From the NCBI GenBank assembly GCA_045046875.1, contig JASFYY010000018.1:12886-76885 (forward strand): a stretch of DNA of 64,000 nt. Reading direction: 5' to 3'. Numbering within the stretch: the stretch's first letter is position 1; every line of letters begins with the position of its first letter. The position numbers and the translations under genes are program-made. This document shows, piece by piece, positions 21,468 to 31,071 of the stretch. Source of the stretch: Verrucomicrobiota bacterium (GTDB lineage Bacteria; Verrucomicrobiota; Verrucomicrobiia; Verrucomicrobiales; DEV007). The notes beneath the pieces are model-generated. The model was given only the letters and a program-made list of their open reading frames with translations, had not been told where the DNA came from and did no database searches.

Positions 21468-22472
21468 TTAGCCAATGGGGATCCAGGGAGGTTGCTGGGA
21501 GCTTTTTAGAATGGCGAGGCAGGCGAGTAGGGTGTGTTTGGCTTCAGCGAGGGTGCAGGCAGGTTTGTTTTTGCCCTCGATGGCATCGAGGAAGCTATTG
21601 GCTTGATGGGTGAAGAGGTCGTCACGGCCTATAGTGAAATTCTGATATTGCCATTCGCCCTCGGGTTCGGTCAGCCAGCCCCAGCGATTGCGTTGGTAGT
21701 CAAAACGTAAGGTGCCTTTTTCGCAGACGATGGTGATACTGGTTTCGTTAGGGGCTTGATGTTGGTTGGAGCTGAAAACTCCCATGATCTCGCTATTTTC
21801 GCCATGCCGGGTTAAAACGTTGGCGGAGTCTTCGACTTCGACCCCGTCGAGTTTGAGGTGGGCGGCATCGGCAAGGATCCGGGTGGTGGGGCCGACCAGC
21901 CACTCAACGGCATTTAATACGTGAGGCAGGCTGTCTTGGATCAAGCCGCCACCGGCGGCATGGTTGTTGTAATAAATTTCCCGGTAAGCGGGGCGGTAAG
22001 TGGGGAAGTGTTGGGCGGAGAGGGTGATGACTTCCAATGGTTTGCCGAAGGTGCCGCTGTCGATGGCTTTTTTCATTGCTTGGACAATGGGGTGGGCACG
22101 GTAGACAAAAGCGACACTGGTGATGAGTTTTTGTTGTTCGGTGTATTGGATCAAATCGTCGATGCCTTCCGTGCTGGTGGAGAGTGGCTTTTCGATCAAG
22201 AGGTGGCAACCGGCTTGGGCGCAAGTCTGGGCGAGCGGGATGTGCAGGTGGGCGGGAGCGGCGATCAGGGCAGCGTCAGGTTTTTGCTCCAGAGCAGTTT
22301 CCAGATTGTCGTAACGTGTAGTGATGCCGTAGCGTTCGCCGACTTGGTTGCGGAGTTCATCATTAAGCTCGCAGATGGTGAGTTCAACACGTTCGGTAGC
22401 CTGAAAACAACGCAGGTGGCGTTCGCCGATCGAGCCGACACCTATGATGAGTAAGTGGATTTTTTCTTTCAT
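21468..22472 (-). CDS. Gfo/Idh/MocA family oxidoreductase
   Basis: IIGVGSIGERH, LIEKP, GGGLIQDSLPH. Confidence 0.9.
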   Translation of the reverse strand: MKEKIHLLIIGVGSIGERHLRCFQATERVELTICELNDELRNQVGERYGITTRYDNLETALEQKPDAALIAAPAHLHIPLAQTCAQAGCHLLIEKPLSTSTEGIDDLIQYTEQQKLITSVAFVYRAHPIVQAMKKAIDSGTFGKPLEVITLSAQHFPTYRPAYREIYYNNHAAGGGLIQDSLPHVLNAVEWLVGPTTRILADAAHLKLDGVEVEDSANVLTRHGENSEIMGVFSSNQHQAPNETSITIVCEKGTLRFDYQRNRWGWLTEPEGEWQYQNFTIGRDDLFTHQANSFLDAIEGKNKPACTLAEAKHTLLACLAILKSSQQPPWIPIG

Positions 22473-22482
22473 GGGGTGTTTT

Positions 22483-23460
22483 TTATTGGTCTGGAAAATC
22501 GTCCTGGCTTTCTTCTTCATGTCTGAGCTTCAGGAGTTTCCATACGTGTTGGCGGAAAGCTTTGTCCCAAAGCTCACCATCGCCGGATTGATAGTCGTAG
22601 AATCCTTTGCCGCTGACCGCACCACGGTCATTCTGGTCGATCATTTCCTGAATGAATTCTGGTGGCGAGTCGGAGTTGTCCAGAGTGGGCCAAATGGTTT
22701 TCATTGCTCGCCCATAGAGGGCGGGCCCACCGGAAATATCCATCCAGCGGAAAGGGCCGGTCATTGACATAAATACGCCAAGGGTATTGCGCACGGCGTT
22801 ATCGATACTGGCAAAGTCGCTGACGCCTTCGGCAACGAGGTTCGCTGCCTCTCGGTACATGGCGTAACCTATGCGATTGACCACAAACCCAGGTAAATCA
22901 CGATTGATCAGGCAGGGTTCTTTTCCTAACATTAGTCCAAGTCGATGGGCGGCTCCGAAGGTGCTGTCGTTGGTTTGTTCTCCACGGATGATTTCCATGA
23001 AGGGCTGGGCGTAGGCGGGTTGGCAGAAGTGCATGCCCAGAAAGCGGTCGGGGTGCTTTAGTTGTTGTTGAAAGTCGGACAGGGGCAGTCCCGAGGTGTT
23101 GGTGCTGACGGGGGTGTCGGCATTGACAACCTCTTCGATTGAGCTGAAAACTGCAGCCTTGATTTTGGCATCTTCGGCGACGCTTTCAATGATAAAATCA
23201 CAGTCCTGGAATTCAGCGCAGGAGTTTTCGACTTGTAGCCGGTCTTGCCAACCGTCGAAGTCATCTTGCTTGGCGCCGCCGTGTTCGATCAGTTCGCTTA
23301 AAGCCGTGGAGACCCGTTGAGGCAGTTGCTGTCGGGCATCGGAGTCGAGGTCGGCTGCCACTACTTTCAAGCCTCGGGATAAGATGAGCGCGACGATGTC
23401 GGCACCAAGCAGTCCCAGTCCGATCACGCCGATTTTTTGTAACTGTTCTTGTGCTTGCAT
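22483..23460 (-). CDS. 3-hydroxyacyl-CoA dehydrogenase family protein
   Basis: GLGLLG, IIESVAED, STNTS, GMHF...P, PGFVVNRI, GPFRWMD. Confidence 0.9.
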   Translation of the reverse strand: MQAQEQLQKIGVIGLGLLGADIVALILSRGLKVVAADLDSDARQQLPQRVSTALSELIEHGGAKQDDFDGWQDRLQVENSCAEFQDCDFIIESVAEDAKIKAAVFSSIEEVVNADTPVSTNTSGLPLSDFQQQLKHPDRFLGMHFCQPAYAQPFMEIIRGEQTNDSTFGAAHRLGLMLGKEPCLINRDLPGFVVNRIGYAMYREAANLVAEGVSDFASIDNAVRNTLGVFMSMTGPFRWMDISGGPALYGRAMKTIWPTLDNSDSPPEFIQEMIDQNDRGAVSGKGFYDYQSGDGELWDKAFRQHVWKLLKLRHEEESQDDFPDQ

Positions 23461-23470
23461 GGTTTAAAGT

Positions 23471-24325
23471 TCAGTTTTTCAGCCCTAGCAGACTCAAGCT
23501 GTCGCGGTAGATCATTTTTTCGATTTCATCGTCGTTCAGGCGTGCGGCGGCGGTGGGGGCGAAGTTTTGATTCAGTCGATGCAGGCCGGCGATGGTTTCA
23601 TTGATGGTGGTGAAAGGGTAGTCGGTGCCGAACAGCACTTTGTCCCAGATGCCGTATTCCTGCACCAGCATCAGAGAGTGATACAGTTGGTGGGGGCGGT
23701 AGTGTAGGGCGCTGATGTCGGTGAAAACGTTGCGGTGTTTGCGCGCAACGACGATGGCTTCGCCTTCGTAGGGGTGACCGAGGTGCGCCATGATGATTTT
23801 AACTTCGGGAAAGCGGGTTGCGACCGGGTCGAGATGGCGGGGCAGGGTGCATTCGAGCGGGGCTTGTGAAATGAAGGTGGTGCCGGTGTGTAGTAATACG
23901 GGCAGTTGGTGGTCGCTGGCATACTGCCAAAGCTCGTCGAGTTTGGTGTCGTCGGGTTTGAAGCCCGCGTACATCGGCAGCAATTTAATTCCTTTGAGGT
24001 CGAGTTTTTGATGGCCGTTGCGCATTTCATCCTGCCAGCCGTTGATGGTCGGGTCGATGGATAGGAATCCGGTTATGTCACTGGGGGACTGTTTGACATA
24101 GTCGGCTACATGCTGATCATCGACCCACAGTCCACTGAGTTTGGCTTTGCCGCCGAAGACGATGGTGTGGACTGCCTCATCTGCGGGTATGGTTTTCCGA
24201 TATTCGTCGTAGCGGACGGTCAAGTCGACTTCAAGACCGGCGCGGGCTTGTTTGGCTTGCTCGATGAAGTCTGCGGAAAAGTGCTGTGGGTATTTCCAAG
24301 CGTGGCTGTGGACGTCGACGATCAT
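23471..24325 (-). CDS. Amidohydrolase_2 family metalloprotein
   Basis: IVDVHSH, LLHTG, MAHLGHP, VLFGTDYP. Confidence 0.9.
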   Translation of the reverse strand: MIVDVHSHAWKYPQHFSADFIEQAKQARAGLEVDLTVRYDEYRKTIPADEAVHTIVFGGKAKLSGLWVDDQHVADYVKQSPSDITGFLSIDPTINGWQDEMRNGHQKLDLKGIKLLPMYAGFKPDDTKLDELWQYASDHQLPVLLHTGTTFISQAPLECTLPRHLDPVATRFPEVKIIMAHLGHPYEGEAIVVARKHRNVFTDISALHYRPHQLYHSLMLVQEYGIWDKVLFGTDYPFTTINETIAGLHRLNQNFAPTAAARLNDDEIEKMIYRDSLSLLGLKN

Positions 24326-24421
24326 GGTGGGGGGGGGGTGGGTGAAATCGTTATTCAGGGAAAGGCATCGACTGCTAACTTCGCCTTGTCTAGATGAATT
24401 TGCTCATTTTAAAAGAGGGTC

Positions 24422-25432
24422 TCACATTTTGAGAGGATGAGTTGCCAGAGCGGCCAGTTTTTTACTGTATTGGATCGGTGAGTGGTCACGGATGCATTCG
24501 GGTGGGTGGGGGCTGTTGAAGGTGCGGGTGAGATAGGTGAGGGGCTTGTCGGGAGCCCAGTCTTCGTTGGCCAGGGTCTCAGGCGCAGGATTGTGCTGAG
24601 CTTCTCCGTTTTCGTCGAGGTAGATGAAATGTCCCGTATGATGGAAATCGAAGGGTTGTAGTTGATCTACGGTTTGCGGTAGCAGGGTGACGATGTCGTG
24701 GTGGTTGCAGATGCGAAAATGAGGTGGGTGGTCGAGTTGATCTCGGAAGGCGGCGTTGCCAATGCGGGGGGATCCAAAGGTGTAGAGTTGGGCGGGGGCT
24801 TTACGTAGGGCTGCCATGGTGGCGAGGGCGGCGCCGAGGCTGTGACCGGTGTAGATGAAGGGGCCGGGGATATCGGCGATGACGGGTTCGATCAGTGGCC
24901 AGATACGGTCGAATAGAATCTTGAAGCCACTGTGAACGTAGGGTTCTTCAGAATTGGGGGTTGCCGTTTTTTTTGGATGCCAGCGGGTGGGTGCGGGGCT
25001 GAGGTTCAGCACCCATTGACGGAAACGGCTGGTGCCTCGAAAACAGAGGATGTGATAAATGTCGGCAGGCTGCCCAGCGGGGTGGCAGTGGTAAATGGCG
25101 GCGTGGGTGCCGGTTTTGTGGATGGAATGAATCTCTTTAAACGTGGTGTTTTCCAAGTAGTCAAAACGGATGATTTTTTTCCACGGCTTGCGCCCTTCTT
25201 TGTTGTCGGGGGTGTAAACCAGGCGGCAGAGTTCGGACAACCACCAGGCATTTGCCGGGGTGAATTTTACTGCGCTGGGATCGAAAGCGGGGAGGACTGT
25301 GTTTTCAGGTTGTTCGAAATAGGGGGGGTAGCCCTGGGGTTTCATTACGCTGTCCCAGCTGCCAAGAATCTGGCGCGCTTCGTCTTTCAGCGCTTGCTGT
25401 TTTGAAGGCGGATCGTTGGGTTGGTCGGCCAT
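24422..25432 (-). CDS. Lipase class 3 family protein
   Basis: CFRGT, VHSGF, TGHSLGAALA, YTFGSPRIGN, DIVTLLP, DHS. Confidence 0.9.
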   Translation of the reverse strand: MADQPNDPPSKQQALKDEARQILGSWDSVMKPQGYPPYFEQPENTVLPAFDPSAVKFTPANAWWLSELCRLVYTPDNKEGRKPWKKIIRFDYLENTTFKEIHSIHKTGTHAAIYHCHPAGQPADIYHILCFRGTSRFRQWVLNLSPAPTRWHPKKTATPNSEEPYVHSGFKILFDRIWPLIEPVIADIPGPFIYTGHSLGAALATMAALRKAPAQLYTFGSPRIGNAAFRDQLDHPPHFRICNHHDIVTLLPQTVDQLQPFDFHHTGHFIYLDENGEAQHNPAPETLANEDWAPDKPLTYLTRTFNSPHPPECIRDHSPIQYSKKLAALATHPLKM

Positions 25433-25441
25433 GAAGCAAAG

Positions 25442-26143
25442 TTACACGGAGATTTTGGAAACTGCAATGTTACCGCCAAAACAGATCGCGACATCGGAGC
25501 CGGGGCTTTGTGGGCGTTGACTGTAGTCGCCGGTATAGACGTAGCCGCCTTCGGTGGATTTGAAGCTATTGGGCAGGGGTTGGCGTTCGGGTGGGCAGTC
25601 GAAAACGATTTCAGGTTCGGCGGCATCGGGTGGTAGATGGGGGAGGTTGATGTTCCAAAAAACTCCATCGCCAGTTTTTTGATTGAGCAGGATTTTTAAT
25701 ACTCGTGCAGCACGGTGGCTGGCAGTTTCCCAATGCAGGGGGAGCTCGTTTTTAAGATAGTGGGAAATCGCGAACGCGTGCACGCCGTGGTAGGCGGCTT
25801 CGCGGGCAGCGGCGACGGTTCCGGATATGTAAAGGTCGTGTCCCATGTTTCCTCCTGGATTGATGCCGGAAAGGATCAGGTCTGGCTTGCAGGGCAGCAG
25901 TTCCGTCAATCCAAGCCGAACACAATCGGCAGGAGTTCCGGAGACGGAATAGTGTTGCGTATCGATTTGTTCGACTTTGATCGGGCTGTAGGTGGTGATG
26001 CGGTGGCCATTTTGAGAGAGTTCGCGGTCAGGCGCGACGGTGAAAATCTTGCTGGCATTGATGCCCAGTGAGCGGCAGACATCATACAGGGCGGCAAGCC
26101 CGGGAGCGGTGATTCCGTCGTCGTTGGTGATAAGGATGGTCAT
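25442..26143 (-). CDS. surE: 5'/3'-nucleotidase SurE
   Basis: ILITNDDG, GTPADCV, SGINPGGN, SGTVAAARE; start at ATG 26143. Confidence 0.93.
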   Translation of the reverse strand: MTILITNDDGITAPGLAALYDVCRSLGINASKIFTVAPDRELSQNGHRITTYSPIKVEQIDTQHYSVSGTPADCVRLGLTELLPCKPDLILSGINPGGNMGHDLYISGTVAAAREAAYHGVHAFAISHYLKNELPLHWETASHRAARVLKILLNQKTGDGVFWNINLPHLPPDAAEPEIVFDCPPERQPLPNSFKSTEGGYVYTGDYSQRPQSPGSDVAICFGGNIAVSKISV

Positions 26144-26365
26144 GGGAGAGGCGCTAGGCTTTAGGTGGATTAGGCAGTAGGAAAGAGGCCGCAAATGTGG
26201 AACGGGGTTGCCAATCCGTGCAGCATAGAATTGCGGGAGATTTTAGCAATGATATTTCAGGAATCCGTTTGAGCCATTTGTGTGGGGAACAGCAGGCAGG
26301 GTGTTTTTTTACCAATGCCGATCACTTGATAGACTTTTTTTTGAGGCGGGGTAAAGTTCTGGATA

Positions 26366-26998
26366 ATGAAGATATTTTATCAAGTAGGAGCTTTGTTTTT
26401 GTGCACGCTGTTGGTGCTGTCGTGTGGGGGAGAGAAGCAGGAGCCTGTGGTTGAAGCCGTAAAGCCGGGGCCTGCACCTGTGGTGGAGGATGTCAGGATT
26501 GTGATGAAAACCGATAAGGGAGATATCCAAGCGACGATGTTTGCCAGCAAGGCTCCGATCACGGTGGCGAGTTTTCTCAATTTGGCGAAGCGGGGTTATT
26601 ATGACGGCTTGAGCTTTCACCGGGTGGTGGAGGATTTTGTGATTCAGGGAGGGGATCCGGATGGCACGGGTAAAGGTGGGCCGGGATATTTCCTGCCAAA
26701 TGAAATCGCGCCGGGTTTGAAACATGACAAGGTCGGGGTGTTTTCGATGGCGAGGAAGTCGAAACCGGATACAGCAGGCAGCCAGTTTTTTATCACCCTG
26801 GGGGTGACGGAGCATTTGGATGGGGGGTATTCGATTTTTGGGGAGGTGAATGAAGGTCTGGAGGTGGTGGAGTCGATCGAGGTGGGGGATAAAATTGTGG
26901 GGATTAAAATTTTGGATTCAACGGACAACTTGTTCAAAGCGCAAGAGCAGCGCTTGAAGCAGTGGAATCAAATTCTGGACCAGCGTGAAGCCAAGTGA
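26366..26998 (+). CDS. Cyclophilin-type peptidyl-prolyl isomerase, predicted lipoprotein
   Basis: Lipobox-like LVLSC; FHRVVEDFVIQGGDP, SMAR, GSQFFIT. Confidence 0.93.
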   Translation: MKIFYQVGALFLCTLLVLSCGGEKQEPVVEAVKPGPAPVVEDVRIVMKTDKGDIQATMFASKAPITVASFLNLAKRGYYDGLSFHRVVEDFVIQGGDPDGTGKGGPGYFLPNEIAPGLKHDKVGVFSMARKSKPDTAGSQFFITLGVTEHLDGGYSIFGEVNEGLEVVESIEVGDKIVGIKILDSTDNLFKAQEQRLKQWNQILDQREAK

Positions 26999-27924
26999 GT
27001 CAGCATAACAACAGCTTGGAGGAGGACGGCAGGATCGATTATTTTGATCGTTATGCCGGTGCGATCAAGACCGAGAAAATCTATGGAGAGGCCTATTTGC
27101 GTTGGGCTTACGAAACCCTGCCGGGAAGGTTGATGCTGGCGGCGGTGGTTAAGCGGGCTTTGTTTTCGCGGTGGTATGGCTGGCGCATGGATAAGGGGGC
27201 AACTCGGGAATTGATTGAGCCTTTTATTGATCAGTATGAACTGGATGCAGACGAGTTTGTTGAAAACTGCGAGGACTTTGAGAGTTTTAATGCTTTTTTC
27301 TCGCGTAAGCTCAAGGCGCAAGCTCGGCCGATTGTGGGTGGAGACGAGGTGGCAGTTTTTCCGGCGGATGGGCGGCATCTGGGTTTTCAGGATGTCAGTG
27401 AGGTGGATTCTATTTACTGTAAGGGACAGCGCCTTTCGTTGGTAGATTTGTTAGGAGATGAGAGTTTGGCGAAGGATTATGAAAAGGGTTCGGTGGTGAT
27501 TTCGCGTTTGTGTCCGGTGGATTATCACCGTTTTCATTTTGGAGTTGCAGGCGAGGTGGGGGATTGGCAATTGATCAATGGGCCGCTTTATTCGGTCAGT
27601 CCGATTGCTTTGCGGCGGAATATAAATATTCTTACTGAGAACAAACGGGTCATCACTCAGTTGCAAACGCAGAACTTTGGACGGGTGCTGATTTTGGAAA
27701 TTGGGGCGACCAATGTGGGTAGTATTCACCAGACTTACCAGTCGGGTTCGAGGGTGACTAAGGGAGAAGAAAAAGGCTATTTTGCTTTTGGTGGATCGAT
27801 GACGATGCAACTATTTGAGCCTGGGGTAGTGGAGTTGGCGGAGGATTTGGTTGAAAATACGCAACAGGGCAGGGAGTTGTATGCGCGCATGGGGGATCAC
27901 TTTGGGGTGGCTAAATCGGAGTGA
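26995..27924 (+). CDS. psd: Phosphatidylserine decarboxylase proenzyme
   Basis: SFNAFFSRKLK, PADGR, RLCPVDYHRFHF, GATNVGSI, FAFGGS autocleavage motif. Confidence 0.92.
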   Translation: MSQHNNSLEEDGRIDYFDRYAGAIKTEKIYGEAYLRWAYETLPGRLMLAAVVKRALFSRWYGWRMDKGATRELIEPFIDQYELDADEFVENCEDFESFNAFFSRKLKAQARPIVGGDEVAVFPADGRHLGFQDVSEVDSIYCKGQRLSLVDLLGDESLAKDYEKGSVVISRLCPVDYHRFHFGVAGEVGDWQLINGPLYSVSPIALRRNINILTENKRVITQLQTQNFGRVLILEIGATNVGSIHQTYQSGSRVTKGEEKGYFAFGGSMTMQLFEPGVVELAEDLVENTQQGRELYARMGDHFGVAKSE

Positions 27925-29480
27925 AACAAAGGGGGATGGCTGAATCGCAAATAGAAATTCAAGTGCATTGGGAGGTGGAGGATCTTTTGGATCTCGACTA
28001 TTTCCTGCAACAGGATGTGGAGATTGATGAGGGTGATTTGGTGTTACGGGATGAAAAGATTGCCCGGGATAATTTGCTGCCGGTGCTGGGAGAAAAAGGT
28101 ATGGTGGGGGATGCGTCGCTCTCGTTGAGATCGCACGGGATTTGGATCTGGTTGCAGCAAAGGAAGGTTGAAGTTGCTAAACAGCAGGGGGATGAGCTTT
28201 CCCTGATGCCGGGAGAGGTGTTTGTGCAAGCGTGCCGAATCATGAAAATGTCCTGGCCGATTTTGATGATGATGGGAGCTGTTCTTGTCAATTCCTTGAT
28301 GCATACGCAGGAACGGTATTTTAATGTGATGATGTTTCTAGCGGCGACGCTTCTGCCCCAGCTTTTTTTACTAACACTTCTAGTGGGGGGTATAATTTTT
28401 AGAGGGGCTATGGGTAAAGGTTTAAAGAGAGGGAGATTGGGGATAATACAGACTTTGTTTAAGGAAATGTTGGCTACAATGGCTGGCAATGTTTTGAAGG
28501 CTCGAGCTGGTCGGGCGGGCGAAAAAGTGCAGAATTACTGGCAGGCTTTGAAGCAGCGTAATTATTTGTCATGGCCAATTGCGGCGATGACGCAAACTTT
28601 AGCGGTATGGTATAACATTGGTATATTGGCCGGATTTGCAGGCTGTATGATGGCAATGGATGTGCGTTTCTTTTGGGAAAGCACTTCTGGAGCTGCGGCT
28701 GTTGAGACGTTGCAACAAATCGTGCGAGCAGTTTCAGCTCCTTGGGGAATGACCGTGAACGATTGGTTGCCGACAGCGGCGGGTATTGCCGAGACAAGAA
28801 TCACGATGGAGGGTGCAGATAAAATTTATCCTCCTTCAGAAGCTGTCAACAGTGCAGCGGTGTGGGTGCCTTTCTTAGCAGGGTCAGTGTTCTTTTGGGG
28901 ATTGTTGCCCCGCCTGATTTTACGTATTGGAATCGGTCTGTGGGGTAACCGCTCGACAAACCGCTATCCTTTTGTCGAACGACGTTATCGGGAGTTGTGG
29001 CGCCGCCTGACCGCATTGAGGATAGAGGTATGCAACGAGGGGCCGGATGACGAGGCGGTGGTTCTGTTGTGGGGCGGCTTGAATCCTGACGCCGATAAGT
29101 TGCGCAAGGTTTTGTTGCAGCAGTTGCGTTTGAATCCGTTGCAGACTTTTGCTGCAGGTAATGAAACGGACGCGCGAGCGGATGCGAAAAGGATCGAGCA
29201 AGTGGCCAACAAGGTGGTGAGTTTGAAGGCCGGAGTTCGGTTGGTGGTGGTGGTGGAGTCGTGGGCATTGGCTCCACGTGAAGCGACGGATTTCCTTAAT
29301 CAGCTGCGCAGTTTGCTCGGGCAACAGCGGGCGGTTCGCTTGTTGTTATTGGGGCCGCCTGAAGCAGGGCGAAATTTTTCCGAACCTTCTATCGCGGAGT
29401 TAAAGGTATGGGAGGATCTAGTGTCGGAGCGCAATGATGCGCGTTTGACGGTTTACCCTTATCGCAAATCAGATGGCTGA
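27921..29480 (+). CDS. Multi-pass membrane protein, DUF2868-like
   Basis: Several TM segments, FFWEST, YFNV, WGLLPRL; overlaps the GTPase gene downstream, matching the known DUF2868/DUF3482 pairing. Confidence 0.7.
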   Translation: MKQRGMAESQIEIQVHWEVEDLLDLDYFLQQDVEIDEGDLVLRDEKIARDNLLPVLGEKGMVGDASLSLRSHGIWIWLQQRKVEVAKQQGDELSLMPGEVFVQACRIMKMSWPILMMMGAVLVNSLMHTQERYFNVMMFLAATLLPQLFLLTLLVGGIIFRGAMGKGLKRGRLGIIQTLFKEMLATMAGNVLKARAGRAGEKVQNYWQALKQRNYLSWPIAAMTQTLAVWYNIGILAGFAGCMMAMDVRFFWESTSGAAAVETLQQIVRAVSAPWGMTVNDWLPTAAGIAETRITMEGADKIYPPSEAVNSAAVWVPFLAGSVFFWGLLPRLILRIGIGLWGNRSTNRYPFVERRYRELWRRLTALRIEVCNEGPDDEAVVLLWGGLNPDADKLRKVLLQQLRLNPLQTFAAGNETDARADAKRIEQVANKVVSLKAGVRLVVVVESWALAPREATDFLNQLRSLLGQQRAVRLLLLGPPEAGRNFSEPSIAELKVWEDLVSERNDARLTVYPYRKSDG

Positions 29481-30993
29481 AACAAGTGATCAGAATCAGC
29501 GCAGCGAGGTGCCGAAGTTTGCCGTGGTGGGACAGGTGAACGAGGGCAAGTCGTCGGTTTTGGCAACGCTGGTGGAGGAGGGGGATCAGGCAAAAATCCG
29601 GGTCAGCGAAATGCCGGGAGAAACAGCGCGCAGTCAGTCGATCGGATTGGAGATTAATGGGCGCAAGGTGTTGGAATTTATTGATACCCCGGGGTTTCAG
29701 CGAGCGCGTCAAGCTTTGGCGTGGATGAAGGAACATCACGAGCAAGCGGGGGATACCCGGGCTTTGGCGGAATCGGTGCAGGCTTTTGTGGAAGAGTTTG
29801 CAGGCAGTCGGGATTTTGAAGATGAGGTTCGTTTGCTGCAGCCGGTGTTGGAGGGGGCGGGAATTGTGTATGTGGTGGATGGTTCGAAACCAGTGCGGCC
29901 GAACCATTTGGCGGAGATGGAGATCCTGCGTTGGACAGGGCGCCCGCGCATGGCGATTCTTAATAACAAGAGTAGTGCTGAAGGTCAATTCGCTGGCGAT
30001 TGGAAAAAGCATTTGGGGGAATCGTTTAATTTGACCCGCGAGTTCAATGCTCACCGTGCGCGTTTTGGTGAGAGGATTAGGTTGTTGCAGCATTTGTTGG
30101 AGATCGAGGAAGGGCACCGGGAGGGCATAGAGCAGACGATTCGTTTGTTGCAACAAGAGTGGCAGCAGCGCCGTAATGATGCGGCGGATGTGATGGTGGA
30201 GTTGTTGGAAAAATGCCTTACCCGTCAGGCTTGCCGCAATGTGAGCGGGGATCAGATCAAGCGGCGTGGGAAACGAGAGCAGATGGTGGAGGATTTGAGT
30301 GAGCAGTATCGTCAGGAGATTCGCAAGGTGGAGGAAAAACAGCATCGGCGCTTACTGGATATTTTCCATCACAGCGAAGCGGTTCTACAGATTGAGGGGC
30401 AATCGGCGGAGGCGATGGGGGATTTGTTTGCCAAGGAAGTGTGGCAGGTGTTGGGTTTGAACCGGGGGCAATTGGTGATGACGGGAGTGGTGAGTGGTGC
30501 AGCGGTCGGGTTGCTGGGGGATCTGGCGATAGGCGGTTTGTCTGGGGGGATTCCCACTTTGATAGGAGGGGCGATAGGCGGAGGTTTTGCTTTGTGGAAG
30601 GGGCAGGCTTTGGCCGAGATCGCGGTGAGCAATCCTTTGACCCCGAGTGGAAAGACCCGCCTTGGGGGAGTGCGTTTGTGCGCGGGGCCACCTAAGAACC
30701 CTAATTTCCCCTGGGTATTATTGGACCGGGTTTTGTTTTATTATCAAAACCTGATCACGCGTGCCCATGGGCGGCGTGATGCTTTTGTGATCGACCTGTC
30801 TGTTTTGGAGCGGAGTGGGGAGAAGGGACACCGTGGATACAGTGCACGTTTTTCGTCGGCGCGGCGGAAGAGCCTGGGTAAGTGGTTGTCTGCTTTGCAG
30901 CCTGATAAAGTTGCCCCATCTGCTGAGGATGAAAGTCAGGCGTGGGAGGAGATTTGTTTGATTTTGAAGGAGGTGGAGGATGGGGATCTGTAA
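29473..30993 (+). CDS. P-loop GTPase with DUF3482-like C-terminus
   Basis: G1 GQVNEGKSS, G2 PGET, G3 DTPGF, Gly-rich hydrophobic hairpin near the C-terminus, RAHGRR. Confidence 0.8.
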   Translation: MAETSDQNQRSEVPKFAVVGQVNEGKSSVLATLVEEGDQAKIRVSEMPGETARSQSIGLEINGRKVLEFIDTPGFQRARQALAWMKEHHEQAGDTRALAESVQAFVEEFAGSRDFEDEVRLLQPVLEGAGIVYVVDGSKPVRPNHLAEMEILRWTGRPRMAILNNKSSAEGQFAGDWKKHLGESFNLTREFNAHRARFGERIRLLQHLLEIEEGHREGIEQTIRLLQQEWQQRRNDAADVMVELLEKCLTRQACRNVSGDQIKRRGKREQMVEDLSEQYRQEIRKVEEKQHRRLLDIFHHSEAVLQIEGQSAEAMGDLFAKEVWQVLGLNRGQLVMTGVVSGAAVGLLGDLAIGGLSGGIPTLIGGAIGGGFALWKGQALAEIAVSNPLTPSGKTRLGGVRLCAGPPKNPNFPWVLLDRVLFYYQNLITRAHGRRDAFVIDLSVLERSGEKGHRGYSARFSSARRKSLGKWLSALQPDKVAPSAEDESQAWEEICLILKEVEDGDL

Positions 30994-31071
30994 GAAAAAG
31001 CTGGAGTGATTTGTCAGGAGGGAGTAAATAAGCTTGGACTTTCCGTTATCTGAACTTCAAATCCTCCCCCT

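Noticed and set aside
24329..24338. G10 tract just upstream of the amidohydrolase start (also G9 at 39737-39745) as a phase-variation site
   Set aside because: The plus strand is G-rich throughout, the tracts are intergenic, and there is no evidence of length variation
29389..30345. Long antisense ORFs (318 aa here; also 2943-3719, 36877-37596, 38632-39396, 58991-59728)
   Set aside because: They lie opposite well-supported genes and have no motifs; expected shadow ORFs
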